From the NCBI GenBank assembly GCA_963665385.1, contig OY762213.1, positions 468,846-532,845 on the forward strand: a DNA stretch of 64,000 nt. Direction: 5' to 3'. This document shows positions 37,185-45,821 of this stretch, in pieces (position 1 is the first letter of the stretch; each line of letters starts with the position of its first letter). The DNA comes from Dehalococcoidia bacterium (GTDB lineage: Bacteria; Chloroflexota; Dehalococcoidia; UBA6926). Under the pieces are notes generated by a model. It worked only from the letters and a program-made list of their open reading frames with translations, was not told the DNA's origin and did not search any database. Position numbers and translations under genes: made by a program.

Positions 37185-37580
37185 CTACGGCGCCGGTGCA
37201 GCGTCACGATCCTCAGGAAGCATCCATGATCTTAGCGCAAGCGCCCGCGACCGCGCCCGATGAAGCTGTCCCAACGCCTCGATGATTGACCGGGCTTCCG
37301 GCCAATCCCCCATGTTCACCTGTGTCCGGAATGGATGGGTCGTGATGTGAAGCGGCAGCGACTCACCCGACGCCTCATGCACAGGAGCAACCGTTAGAGG
37401 ATTCTCCGTTAGTGCCCGCCCCAAGCCGCTGAGGCTCCCTGCGAGGGCTTGCACCCGAGATTCAGCCTCCCTGTGCGCTGCCAGTGCCTCCTCATAGCGT
37501 TCGTGCGGTGTCTTGGCTTCTTCGCCGCCCAGCGCAATGCGGCTCGTGCCAAATCTTTCTGGTTCGCGTCGTTGCATCAT
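37185..37580 (-). CDS. Hypothetical protein upstream of polA
   Basis: Codon-plausible ORF from ATGATG at 37580 (MMQRREPERFGTSRIALGGEEAKTPHERYEEAL). No motif recognised. Confidence 0.3.
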   Translation of the reverse strand: MMQRREPERFGTSRIALGGEEAKTPHERYEEALAAHREAESRVQALAGSLSGLGRALTENPLTVAPVHEASGESLPLHITTHPFRTQVNMGDWPEARSIIEALGQLHRARSRALALRSWMLPEDRDAAPAP

Positions 37581-37641
37581 GGTTCCGTCACCAGAGTAAC
37601 GCACAGGTGGTGTCTGCGCCCGCGATCCAACGGGTAGGCAG

Positions 37642-37669
37642 TTGACGATGCACCCACTTGCCCCATAAT
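37642..37669 (+). promoter_or_regulatory. Candidate promoter of the first SBP gene
   Basis: TTGACG, 16 nt, CATAAT. The geometry matches the four promoters downstream. Confidence 0.4.
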
Positions 37670-37726
37670 CGATAGGTAAGCGCGGAAAAGGCATTCCTGG
37701 GTATCAGGCAGCGAAGGCGGAAGCAA

Positions 37727-39547
37727 ATGACAAGATTGGGTAGGCCAGGGCTTTTGCTCGCCATCTGCCTTGCACTGCTCATCGCTGCGGCGGCCTGTAC
37801 CAATGACGACTCGACATCTACGTCCACTGCTGAGCCAACTGCAACTGGAGACGACGCAAGCGGCCAAAACGGAGACGGAGCTCGACCAACACCGACGGTG
37901 AATCCGCCGGTTCCCACCGTTCAGCCCATTGGGACCGGTACTGTCGACACAATGTCAGTCAGCGGCAAGCCTGTTCCCGCCGCCGCCATGCGCGGAGGAA
38001 CGCTTATCGCATCTGTCTGGCATTCAGACCAGACTTTCAGCACGTGGGAGGATCATGGAGGCGCGTCATTCGTCATGATGCACCCCTTGCATAATCTCCT
38101 CCTGCAGCCTCGAACCTGGGGTGACACCGATGATTTTCAGCAACACCGCTTTCTTGAGGTCCATCCGGACCTGGCTCTGGGGTGGGAAATCTCCAGTGAC
38201 GGATTCAACGTCACCGTCAACTTAAGGAGTGACGTTGTCTGGACAGATGGAACGCCATTAACGTGTGATGACATTGCCTGGACATATAATTCCATCCGAA
38301 CGGGCAGAGGCCTGATTCGCAGCCCGAGGTCTGTTTACCTCGCCTCCGTTAGTCAGGTGCTCTGTGAGGACGATTACACAGTCAGATTTATTCTCCGTGA
38401 ACCTCAGGCATCAATCATCGATGCGCTTGCACTCCCACACAACATCATTCGGCCCCAGCATATCTACGCAAATGACACGGCGGCCATGCGGAATCGGCTC
38501 CCAACTGTCACTACGGGGCCGTTTGTCGTTTCAGAGCACGTGCCGGGCGAAAGTATCACCTATCGGCGTAATGACACCTATTGGGATCAACCCTTTCCAT
38601 TCTTGTCCGGTCTACAATTCGTGATCCTGGCCGAGTCTGCCTTGGCGACCGGACTCCGTTCAGGAACCATCGACGTAGGGAAGCCGTCGGGCTACGCCTA
38701 TGAGGAAGCGGAAACCCTGGAAAGTGAATGTGATAACTGCCAGGTATGGCCCCGGGCATTGGCCATGTGGAACACACACCACATTATCCTCAACCACTCC
38801 AGGGAACCCTGGAATACTAGTGGCCTAAAAGAGGTAATTGCCCTCGCAATCGACAACACAAAGAACATCCGGAATGTGCATAACGGCTGGCATTTCCCGC
38901 CTACCGGTTGCGGCACGTATCCCTTCTCAACCTGGGCAATGCCGATTGATCGTTGCACGGATATTCCCGGCTTTGGCGATTTCTCCACCAAATCCTCGCC
39001 GGCTGCGGACAAGGCCCAGGCCAGAGAAATCCTCACTGACCTTGGCTACTCGCCGGGTGAGTTGTCCATCTCCATCTTATTTAGCGAAACAACTGAGCAG
39101 GACATCCCTGCCGTCATATCCGATTTTCAGGAAATCGGCATAAACGCTGCTGCTGTCGTCCTCAACCAGCGAGACTTCCTTGCGCGTATCTCCGAAGGAG
39201 ACTTCGAAGCGGCCGTTCATTCTGAATGGGCCATCAGCGATGCTCTGGACATCCTGCTTCTGGGACACTTTTATACAGGTGGTCATGACAACTTTGGGCA
39301 ATTCAGCAGTCCGGAACTCGATGACCTCATCGACGAAATGGGAGCCACCACGGATCTCACCACCCGACGGGAACTTGCGTGGGACGCACTGGAACTGGCG
39401 CTCGAACAACAGGCAAAGATTGTTGTCTCCCACGGCGTCCTTGTGCCCATCTACAGTGAGCGGTTGCGCGGAGTAATGCCCGGACTTGACTTCCAGGCTG
39501 AACATGGCCCTCAACTTCGTTACGATCACGCCTGGTTGGCACCCTGA
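37727..39547 (+). CDS. ABC transporter substrate-binding lipoprotein, family 5 (peptide/nickel type), divergent paralogue
   Basis: Lipobox LLIAAAAC, then HPDLALGWEISSDGFNVTVNLRSDVVWTDGTPLTCDDIAWTYNSIR (SBP_bac_5 signature region). 606 aa. Confidence 0.8.
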   Translation: MTRLGRPGLLLAICLALLIAAAACTNDDSTSTSTAEPTATGDDASGQNGDGARPTPTVNPPVPTVQPIGTGTVDTMSVSGKPVPAAAMRGGTLIASVWHSDQTFSTWEDHGGASFVMMHPLHNLLLQPRTWGDTDDFQQHRFLEVHPDLALGWEISSDGFNVTVNLRSDVVWTDGTPLTCDDIAWTYNSIRTGRGLIRSPRSVYLASVSQVLCEDDYTVRFILREPQASIIDALALPHNIIRPQHIYANDTAAMRNRLPTVTTGPFVVSEHVPGESITYRRNDTYWDQPFPFLSGLQFVILAESALATGLRSGTIDVGKPSGYAYEEAETLESECDNCQVWPRALAMWNTHHIILNHSREPWNTSGLKEVIALAIDNTKNIRNVHNGWHFPPTGCGTYPFSTWAMPIDRCTDIPGFGDFSTKSSPAADKAQAREILTDLGYSPGELSISILFSETTEQDIPAVISDFQEIGINAAAVVLNQRDFLARISEGDFEAAVHSEWAISDALDILLLGHFYTGGHDNFGQFSSPELDDLIDEMGATTDLTTRRELAWDALELALEQQAKIVVSHGVLVPIYSERLRGVMPGLDFQAEHGPQLRYDHAWLAP

Positions 39548-39605
39548 TCAACCGCCGAGCCCCGTCGACGACCGTCCTCTTTCCCCCACCCTCGTACTAC
39601 TAGGA

Positions 39606-39633
39606 TTGACATACCTATAGCGGCTGTCATAAT
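39606..39633 (+). promoter_or_regulatory. Candidate promoter of the pseudogenised SBP unit
   Basis: TTGACA, 16 nt, CATAAT, preceded by CCTCGTACTACTAGG. Confidence 0.4.
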
Positions 39634-39674
39634 CGATAAATCTAACTAGGTTCTTAGGGAGGAAGGGAGACCTC

Positions 39675-41524
39675 ATGAGCAGATAGACACTGCTCCTTGT
39701 CGGGCTTATCGCCACGCTCGCGCTGCTTGCCGCAGCGTGTGGTACGGCCGAGGAAGACGACGAGGAGACACCCGGGCCGGCGGAGCCCACCGCGACGCCG
39801 CTCTTGATTACAGGGAGCTCGCCAACGGCGGTTCCCGATGATATGGACGACAGCACGGACGACATGGATGACGACATGACGGACGAAAACGTTTCCGTCA
39901 GCGGTATCCCGCTTGACCCGGATGCAGTCTATGGCGGCACTCTCAAGCTCGCCTATAGGTCCAACAACCCCTTGAACCCGTGGGAAGAGGCGGCCGGGCC
40001 GGCATTCGATGTTGGGCACCTGCTCAACAACATGCTGATCAAGCCCCGAACGTGGGGAACAGAAGACGATTTTAGGGACAACGCGTTCTTTGAGCTGCAT
40101 CCTGATATGGCCAGCAGCTGGGAACAGTCTGAAGATGGCCTCGCATGGTCATTCAACCTCCGCGATGGAATTCAATGGTCGGACGGTGTGCCTATGACGT
40201 GAAATGGTCGTTCGACACAATCCGGCTTGCAAATGATGCCGGACTCCTCCGCAGCCCGCGGAAGACCCACTACCTGGCCATCGATAGCATCGTTTGCGCA
40301 GACGATCTGACCGTGGTCTTCAATCTTCGGTGGGCGAAGCCTGCCGTCCTGGAAGTCATTGGGCAGCCGTACAACATCATCTTCCCGTCTCACATTTACC
40401 AGACCGAATTCCTGGAGACCGGCAGGTTGAACTCCATGCGGGAAGAGCCCTCCAAGGCCACCACGGGAGCGTTCAGGGTGGTTGAGTACATCCCGGGCGA
40501 GGGATATACGTTTGAGAAGAACGAAGATTACTGGGATGCGCCGCTCCCCTACGTTGACAACGTGGAAATGATCTTCCTCTCCCGCTCCAACATTCCGCCC
40601 GCCCTCCGCACAGGAGCCGTCCACGTTGGTGATTCACACGGCTACACCGGTGGACAGGCGCTCACGCTGATCCAGGAGGCAGATGAAGAGGTCTTCAAGA
40701 TCTACGATCGTGTCATTGCATCCTCATTCAGCCCCGCGCTCTTCCTCAACAAGAACCGCGAGCCATGGAATGACCCGGCTGTGAACACTGCGTTCGCGTT
40801 GGCAATTGGCAACCAGAACTACGTCACCACCGTCCAGAACGACCTCTTCGTTCTGCCGACGGGCTGCGGCTTTTACCCCACCAGTGAGTGGGCCATGCCC
40901 GCAGACCGCTGCGCGGCCATCCCTGGCTACGCGGATGTCTTCGGCGACACACCTGAAGAGCGTCTCGCTCAGTCTGACAGGGACAAGGAGCGCGCCAAGC
41001 AGATCCTTGTAGAAGCCGGCTACACTGGCGAGAACGCGCTCAACCTGAAGATGGTCGTGTGGGGCGTGATTCGGGCGGACGGCCCAGCCATCCAGCTGGA
41101 CTTGCAGGAAGTCGGCGTGAACGTGGAAATCATCGAGTTCGACTCCACGACCACGTACACCAAATGGTCCAATGCGGACTTCGACGTGGGAGTCCACAGC
41201 TTCTGGATCGCCGGAATCGACCCGGACGTGACCCTGTACGAGCACTTCTACACAGGTTCGGATCGCAACTACAACCGCTACAGCAATCCTGAGTTTGATA
41301 ACCTCGTCAATACGATGAGTCGAACCCTGGACAAGGAAGAGCGGAAGGAGCTTGCGTGGCAGGCCATGGAACTCGCGTTGAATGACGTTGGTAAGGTCGT
41401 CATCTCGCACGGATCCTACTACCCCATGGTCAGCGCCAACCTCCGCGGCTACATGCCTGCACCTAACTACCTCGCAGGATACGGTCCGCAGAAGCGCTAC
41501 TCCCACGTCTGGATTAACGAGTAA
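39675..41524 (+). pseudogene. Family-5 SBP paralogue inactivated by an amber codon and a 10-bp deletion
   Basis: ATGAGCAGATAGACA here against ATGAGCAGATGGACA in its paralogues, so W4 TGG has become TAG at 39684-39686. ACGTGAAATGGTCG (about 40198-40210) against ACGTGCAACGACATCAAGTGGTCG in the paralogues shows a 10-nt deletion. This splits the reading frame between ORFs 39804-40202 and 40145-41524. Confidence 0.85.
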
Positions 41525-41577
41525 TCCAAAGGACGCCTGACACTTCTGAAAACGGCCAAGAGCCGAATCCGAAGAGC

Positions 41578-41612
41578 AATAATGCCCCTGCCGCATCGGC
41601 AGGGGCATTATT
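41578..41612 (+). terminator. Intrinsic terminator
   Basis: AATAATGCCCCTGCCG-CATC-GGCAGGGGCATTATT followed by CCTTTTTG. Confidence 0.75.
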
Positions 41613-41641
41613 CCTTTTTGCAATACCTAGTATTCCAAGGG

Positions 41642-41669
41642 TTGACACTAGCTAAGCGCGCGTCATAAT
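41642..41669 (+). promoter_or_regulatory. Candidate promoter of SBP unit 2
   Basis: TTGACA, 16 nt, CATAAT. The dyad CCTAGTATTCCAAGG starts 16 nt upstream of the -35. Confidence 0.45.
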
Positions 41670-41706
41670 GACACAATCGCCCGATTAGAAAAGGGAGGGA
41701 GAGACT

Positions 41707-43569
41707 ATGAGCAGATGGACATTGCTCCTTGTTGGCTTAATTGCCACGCTTGCGTTGCTCGCAGCGGCGTGTGGTACGGCCGAAGAAGACGAGGAAGACA
41801 CATCCGAACCAGCGGAACCTACCGCGACCGCGATTGTCATCACGGGGAGTTCGCCAACGGCGGTACCCGACGATGAGGATGACATGAGCGAAGATGACAT
41901 GATGGATGAAAACGTTTCCGTCAGCGGCATCCCACTTGACCCGGATGCCAGGCATGGCGGCGTTCTCCAGACGTCATATACATCACACAGCCCGAGCTTC
42001 GTTCCGTGGGAGTCAGCAGCGGGACATTCATTCCCTGTTGCTCACTTGCTGAATAACATGCTCATCAAGCCACGAACATGGGGCGACCGGGACGACTTTA
42101 GGAACCAGGTCTACTTCGAGTTGCATCCTGACCTCGCCGAGAGTTGGGAACAGTCAGAAGATGGAAGGGCCTACACCTTTGTTCTGCGTGACGGTGTGAA
42201 TTGGTCAGATGGCGTCCCGGTCACGTGCAACGACATCAAGTGGTCGTTTGACACCATCAGGCTTCAGCAGGACGCCGGACTGCCGACCAGCCCGCGCAAG
42301 ACCCACTACCTGGCCATCGACTCCATCACATGCCCGGATGACGCGACCGTGGTGTTCAACCTCAGGTGGGCGAAGCCGGCCATGATTGAAGTCATCGGCC
42401 AGCCCTACAACGTCATCTTCCCTGCGCACATCTACCAGACTGAATTCCTGGAGACAGGCGCGTTGCGGTCCTTCCGGGAGGAGCCTTCCAAGGCAACTTC
42501 CGGCGCGTACACGCTCGCCAGGTACATTGCAGGTGAGATATTCGTCTTCGAGCGTAACGATGACTACTGGGACGAGCCGCTTCCGTACCTCGATGGCGTG
42601 GAGATGCGATTCCTTGGCCCAGGCTCCTCCCAACTCCCACCGGCGCTGCGCGCAGGCCGACTGGACATTGGCAGCACCACTGGCTACACGGGTGGTCAGG
42701 CAGACACGCTTCTTGCAGAGTGCACGGAAATGTGCCAATTCTGGAACGACCGCGTCATCGCATCCTCGTTCAGCCCCGCTCTCTTCATTAACAAGGAGCG
42801 TGAAGGCTGGATGTCGGATCAACGGGTTCATGAGGCCTTTGCCCTCGCCGTTGACAACCAGAAGTACATCACGACGGTTCGAAACGACTGGTACGAGCTC
42901 CCGGTAGGCTGCGGATTCTATCCGACATCCCCGTGGGCCATGCCCAAGGATCGCTGCGGTCAGATCATCGGATTCGCGGATGTTGTTGGCGATACGACTG
43001 AAGAGCGTGCCGCTGCCGCCGCGGCTGACAAGGAGAAGGCCCGGGCATTGCTGGCCGACGCCGGCTACACCGCCGAGAATCCTCTTGAGGTAACGTGGAC
43101 GGTGTGGTCGCCCATCCAGGGTGACATCCCGGCATTCCAGAGCGACCTTGAAGAGGTTGGTGTGCAGGTGACCACGGATGTCCAAGAGTCGGCTACAGCC
43201 TACGGCAACTGGGCAACAGCCAACTTTGACTTCGGCCTCCACAGCTTCTGGATCGCGGGAATTGACCCGGACGTGACCCTGTACGAGCACTTCTACACGG
43301 GTTCAGACCGCAACTACAACCGCTACAGCAACCCTGAGTTCGACAATCTGGTCAACCAGATGAGTCGAACGCTGGACACGCAGGAGCGGAAGGAGCTTGC
43401 CTGGGACGCGATGGAGATGGCGTTGACTGACGTCGCCAAGATCGTTGTCTCCCACAGTTCCTACGTTGCGGCGGTCAACAAGGACGTTCGCGGCTACATG
43501 CCGGCCCTCAACTACCTCGCCGGCTATGGCCCGACGTACCGCTACGCCCACGTCTGGCTAGATCGGTAA
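41707..43569 (+). CDS. ABC transporter substrate-binding lipoprotein, family 5
   Basis: MSRWTLLLVGLIATLALLAAAC lipobox, an acidic linker, then ESWEQSEDGRAYTFVLRDGVNWSDGVPVTCNDIKWSFDTIR. 620 aa. Confidence 0.85.
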   Translation: MSRWTLLLVGLIATLALLAAACGTAEEDEEDTSEPAEPTATAIVITGSSPTAVPDDEDDMSEDDMMDENVSVSGIPLDPDARHGGVLQTSYTSHSPSFVPWESAAGHSFPVAHLLNNMLIKPRTWGDRDDFRNQVYFELHPDLAESWEQSEDGRAYTFVLRDGVNWSDGVPVTCNDIKWSFDTIRLQQDAGLPTSPRKTHYLAIDSITCPDDATVVFNLRWAKPAMIEVIGQPYNVIFPAHIYQTEFLETGALRSFREEPSKATSGAYTLARYIAGEIFVFERNDDYWDEPLPYLDGVEMRFLGPGSSQLPPALRAGRLDIGSTTGYTGGQADTLLAECTEMCQFWNDRVIASSFSPALFINKEREGWMSDQRVHEAFALAVDNQKYITTVRNDWYELPVGCGFYPTSPWAMPKDRCGQIIGFADVVGDTTEERAAAAAADKEKARALLADAGYTAENPLEVTWTVWSPIQGDIPAFQSDLEEVGVQVTTDVQESATAYGNWATANFDFGLHSFWIAGIDPDVTLYEHFYTGSDRNYNRYSNPEFDNLVNQMSRTLDTQERKELAWDAMEMALTDVAKIVVSHSSYVAAVNKDVRGYMPALNYLAGYGPTYRYAHVWLDR

Positions 43570-43616
43570 GCCATACCGCTGAGCCGCGTGGCGCGGACGA
43601 CAAGTCCGAGACCACA

Positions 43617-43650
43617 AGAGGGCCCCGATGCACCAGCATCGGGGCCCTCT
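43617..43650 (+). terminator. Terminator hairpin
   Basis: AGAGGGCCCCGATGC-ACCA-GCATCGGGGCCCTCT, identical to the hairpin at 47716. Confidence 0.65.
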
Positions 43651-43719
43651 GCTCTTAAATCCCCGCCTCACGCCACTTTTCACATGCCATCCTCTTTGTA
43701 GTACCTAGTATTACAAGGG

Positions 43720-43747
43720 TTGACACTAGCTAGGCGCACGTCATAAT
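43720..43747 (+). promoter_or_regulatory. Candidate promoter of SBP unit 3
   Basis: TTGACA, 16 nt, CATAAT, with CCTAGTATTACAAGG 16 nt upstream. Confidence 0.45.
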
Positions 43748-43784
43748 TGCCTAATCGCGTCTTATCTTTGGAAGGAGAATAACT

Positions 43785-45647
43785 ATGAGCAGATGGACTT
43801 TGCTCCTTGTTGGCTTAGTGGCCACGCTTGCGCTGCTTGCGGCTGCGTGTGGTACGGCCGAAGAGGACGAAGACACACCCGAACCGGAAGAACCTACCGC
43901 GACGGCCATCGTCATCACAGGGAGTGCGGCAGACACTCCGGAGCCCGAGACGGGCGATGACATGGAAGACGATATGACGATGGATGAAAACGCCTCCGTC
44001 AGCGGCATCCCGCTCGATCCGGATGCCCAATACGGCGGCACCCTTCAAATCTCGTACACAAGCCACAGCCCGAGCTTCGTGCCGTGGGAATCGGCAGCCG
44101 GCCACTCATTTGAAGTGGCGCAAATGTTGAACAACATGCTAATCAAGTCGCGCACGTGGGGCACAGAGGAAGATTTCAATAACTTTGCCTACTTCGAGTT
44201 GCACCCTGACCTCGCCACGGATTGGGAACAGTCCGCCGACGGATTGGCATACACCTTCAACCTGCGGGACGGCGTGGATTGGTCAGATGGAGTGCCGGTC
44301 ACGTGTAACGACATCAAGTGGTCGTTTGACACGATCAGGCTTGCGCAGGACGCAGGTTTGAGCACGAGCCCACGAAAGACCCACTACCTGGCAGTCGACT
44401 CAATAGTTTGCCCGGATGATTTGACAGTGGTCTTCAACCTCCGATGGGCGAAGCCGGCCATGATTGAAGTCATCGGCCAGCCATACAACGTCATCTTCCC
44501 GGCGCACATCTACCAGGCAGAGTTCCTGGAGACTGGCGCACTGCGCTCATTCCAGGACGAACCCTCCCAGGTAACGACCGGCGCCTACAGGCTGGCTAAC
44601 TACATTCCGGGTGAAATATTCACCTTCGAGCGGAACCCTGACTACTGGGATCAGCCGCTCCCCTACCTTGATGGCGTTGAAATGCGATTCCTTGGCCCCG
44701 GCTCGTCCCAGATTCCACCGGCGCTGCGTGCAGGCCGTCTGCACATCGGCAGCCCCAACGGATACACCGGGGGACAGGCGGACACTCTCCTCCAGGAGTG
44801 CACAGAAACGTGCCAGTTCTGGCAGAACCGCATCATCGCCTCCTCCTTCAGCCCCGCCCTCTTCATCAACAAGGAGCGGGAAGGCTGGATGCAGGATCAA
44901 AGGATTCACGAGGCCTTTGCACTGGCGGTCGACAACCAGGCATACATCACCACTGTTCGTAACGACTGGTACGAGCTCCCGGTAGGCTGCGGATTCTATC
45001 CGACATCCCCGTGGGCTATGCCGAAGGATCGCTGCGGTCAGATCACCGGATTCGCGGATGTTGTTGGCGAGACGACTGAAGAGCGAGCCGCCGCCGCCGC
45101 CGCCGATAAGGAGCGCGCACGGGAACTGCTGAAGGAAGCCGGCTACGACGAGATGAATCCTCTCACGGTTGACTTCACAGTGTGGTCCCCAATCCAGGGC
45201 GACGCTCCGCAGTTCATCAATGACCTCGCGGCCATTGGTGTCACTGCCGAGGCGGATGTGCAGGAGTCTGCTACCGCTTACGGTAACTGGGCAACGGCCA
45301 ACTTCGACTTCGGTGTCCACAGCTTCTGGATCGCGGGAATTGACCCGGACGTGACCCTGTACGAGCACTTCTACACGGGTTCAGACCGCAACTACAACCG
45401 CTATAGCAATCCTGAGTTCGACAATCTGGTCAACCAGATGAGCCGAACGCTGGACACGCAGGAGCGGAAGGAGCTTGCCTGGGACGCGATGGAGATGGCG
45501 TTGAATGACGTCGCCAAGATCGTCGTATCGCACAGCTCCTACGTGATGGCCATCAATAAGGATGTTCGCGGCTTCATGCCGGCCATCAACTACCTCTCCG
45601 CGTACGGACCGCTGAAGCGCTATGCCCACGTCTGGCTTGATGAGTAA
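43785..45647 (+). CDS. ABC transporter substrate-binding lipoprotein, family 5
   Basis: Same architecture as 41707-43569. 620 aa. Confidence 0.85.
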   Translation: MSRWTLLLVGLVATLALLAAACGTAEEDEDTPEPEEPTATAIVITGSAADTPEPETGDDMEDDMTMDENASVSGIPLDPDAQYGGTLQISYTSHSPSFVPWESAAGHSFEVAQMLNNMLIKSRTWGTEEDFNNFAYFELHPDLATDWEQSADGLAYTFNLRDGVDWSDGVPVTCNDIKWSFDTIRLAQDAGLSTSPRKTHYLAVDSIVCPDDLTVVFNLRWAKPAMIEVIGQPYNVIFPAHIYQAEFLETGALRSFQDEPSQVTTGAYRLANYIPGEIFTFERNPDYWDQPLPYLDGVEMRFLGPGSSQIPPALRAGRLHIGSPNGYTGGQADTLLQECTETCQFWQNRIIASSFSPALFINKEREGWMQDQRIHEAFALAVDNQAYITTVRNDWYELPVGCGFYPTSPWAMPKDRCGQITGFADVVGETTEERAAAAAADKERARELLKEAGYDEMNPLTVDFTVWSPIQGDAPQFINDLAAIGVTAEADVQESATAYGNWATANFDFGVHSFWIAGIDPDVTLYEHFYTGSDRNYNRYSNPEFDNLVNQMSRTLDTQERKELAWDAMEMALNDVAKIVVSHSSYVMAINKDVRGFMPAINYLSAYGPLKRYAHVWLDE

Positions 45648-45696
45648 TCCAGACCGCTGAGGTGATGTGGCGCGGATAGCAAATCCAAAGACCACA

Positions 45697-45730
45697 AGAG
45701 AGCCCCGGTGCAACTGCACCGGGGCTCTCT
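45697..45730 (+). terminator. Intrinsic terminator
   Basis: AGAGAGCCCCGGTGCA-ACT-GCACCGGGGCTCTCT followed by ACTTTTTTAC. Confidence 0.75.
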
Positions 45731-45755
45731 ACTTTTTTACCTAGCACTACTAGGG

Positions 45756-45783
45756 TTGACACCCGTTACGGTCAAGTCATAAT
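45756..45783 (+). promoter_or_regulatory. Candidate promoter of SBP unit 4
   Basis: TTGACA, 16 nt, CATAAT, with the dyad CCTAGCACTACTAGG 16 nt upstream. Confidence 0.45.
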
Positions 45784-45821
45784 GTCATAATCGTGTTTCA
45801 TTCTTGGGGAGGAGGGGAATC

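Noticed and set aside
39684-39686. The in-frame TAG at codon 4 of the SBP unit as programmed read-through or pyrrolysine
   Set aside because: The same unit also carries a frameshifting 10-bp deletion. No pyl genes are seen, and the paralogues have TGG at this codon. Simple pseudogenisation is the economical explanation.
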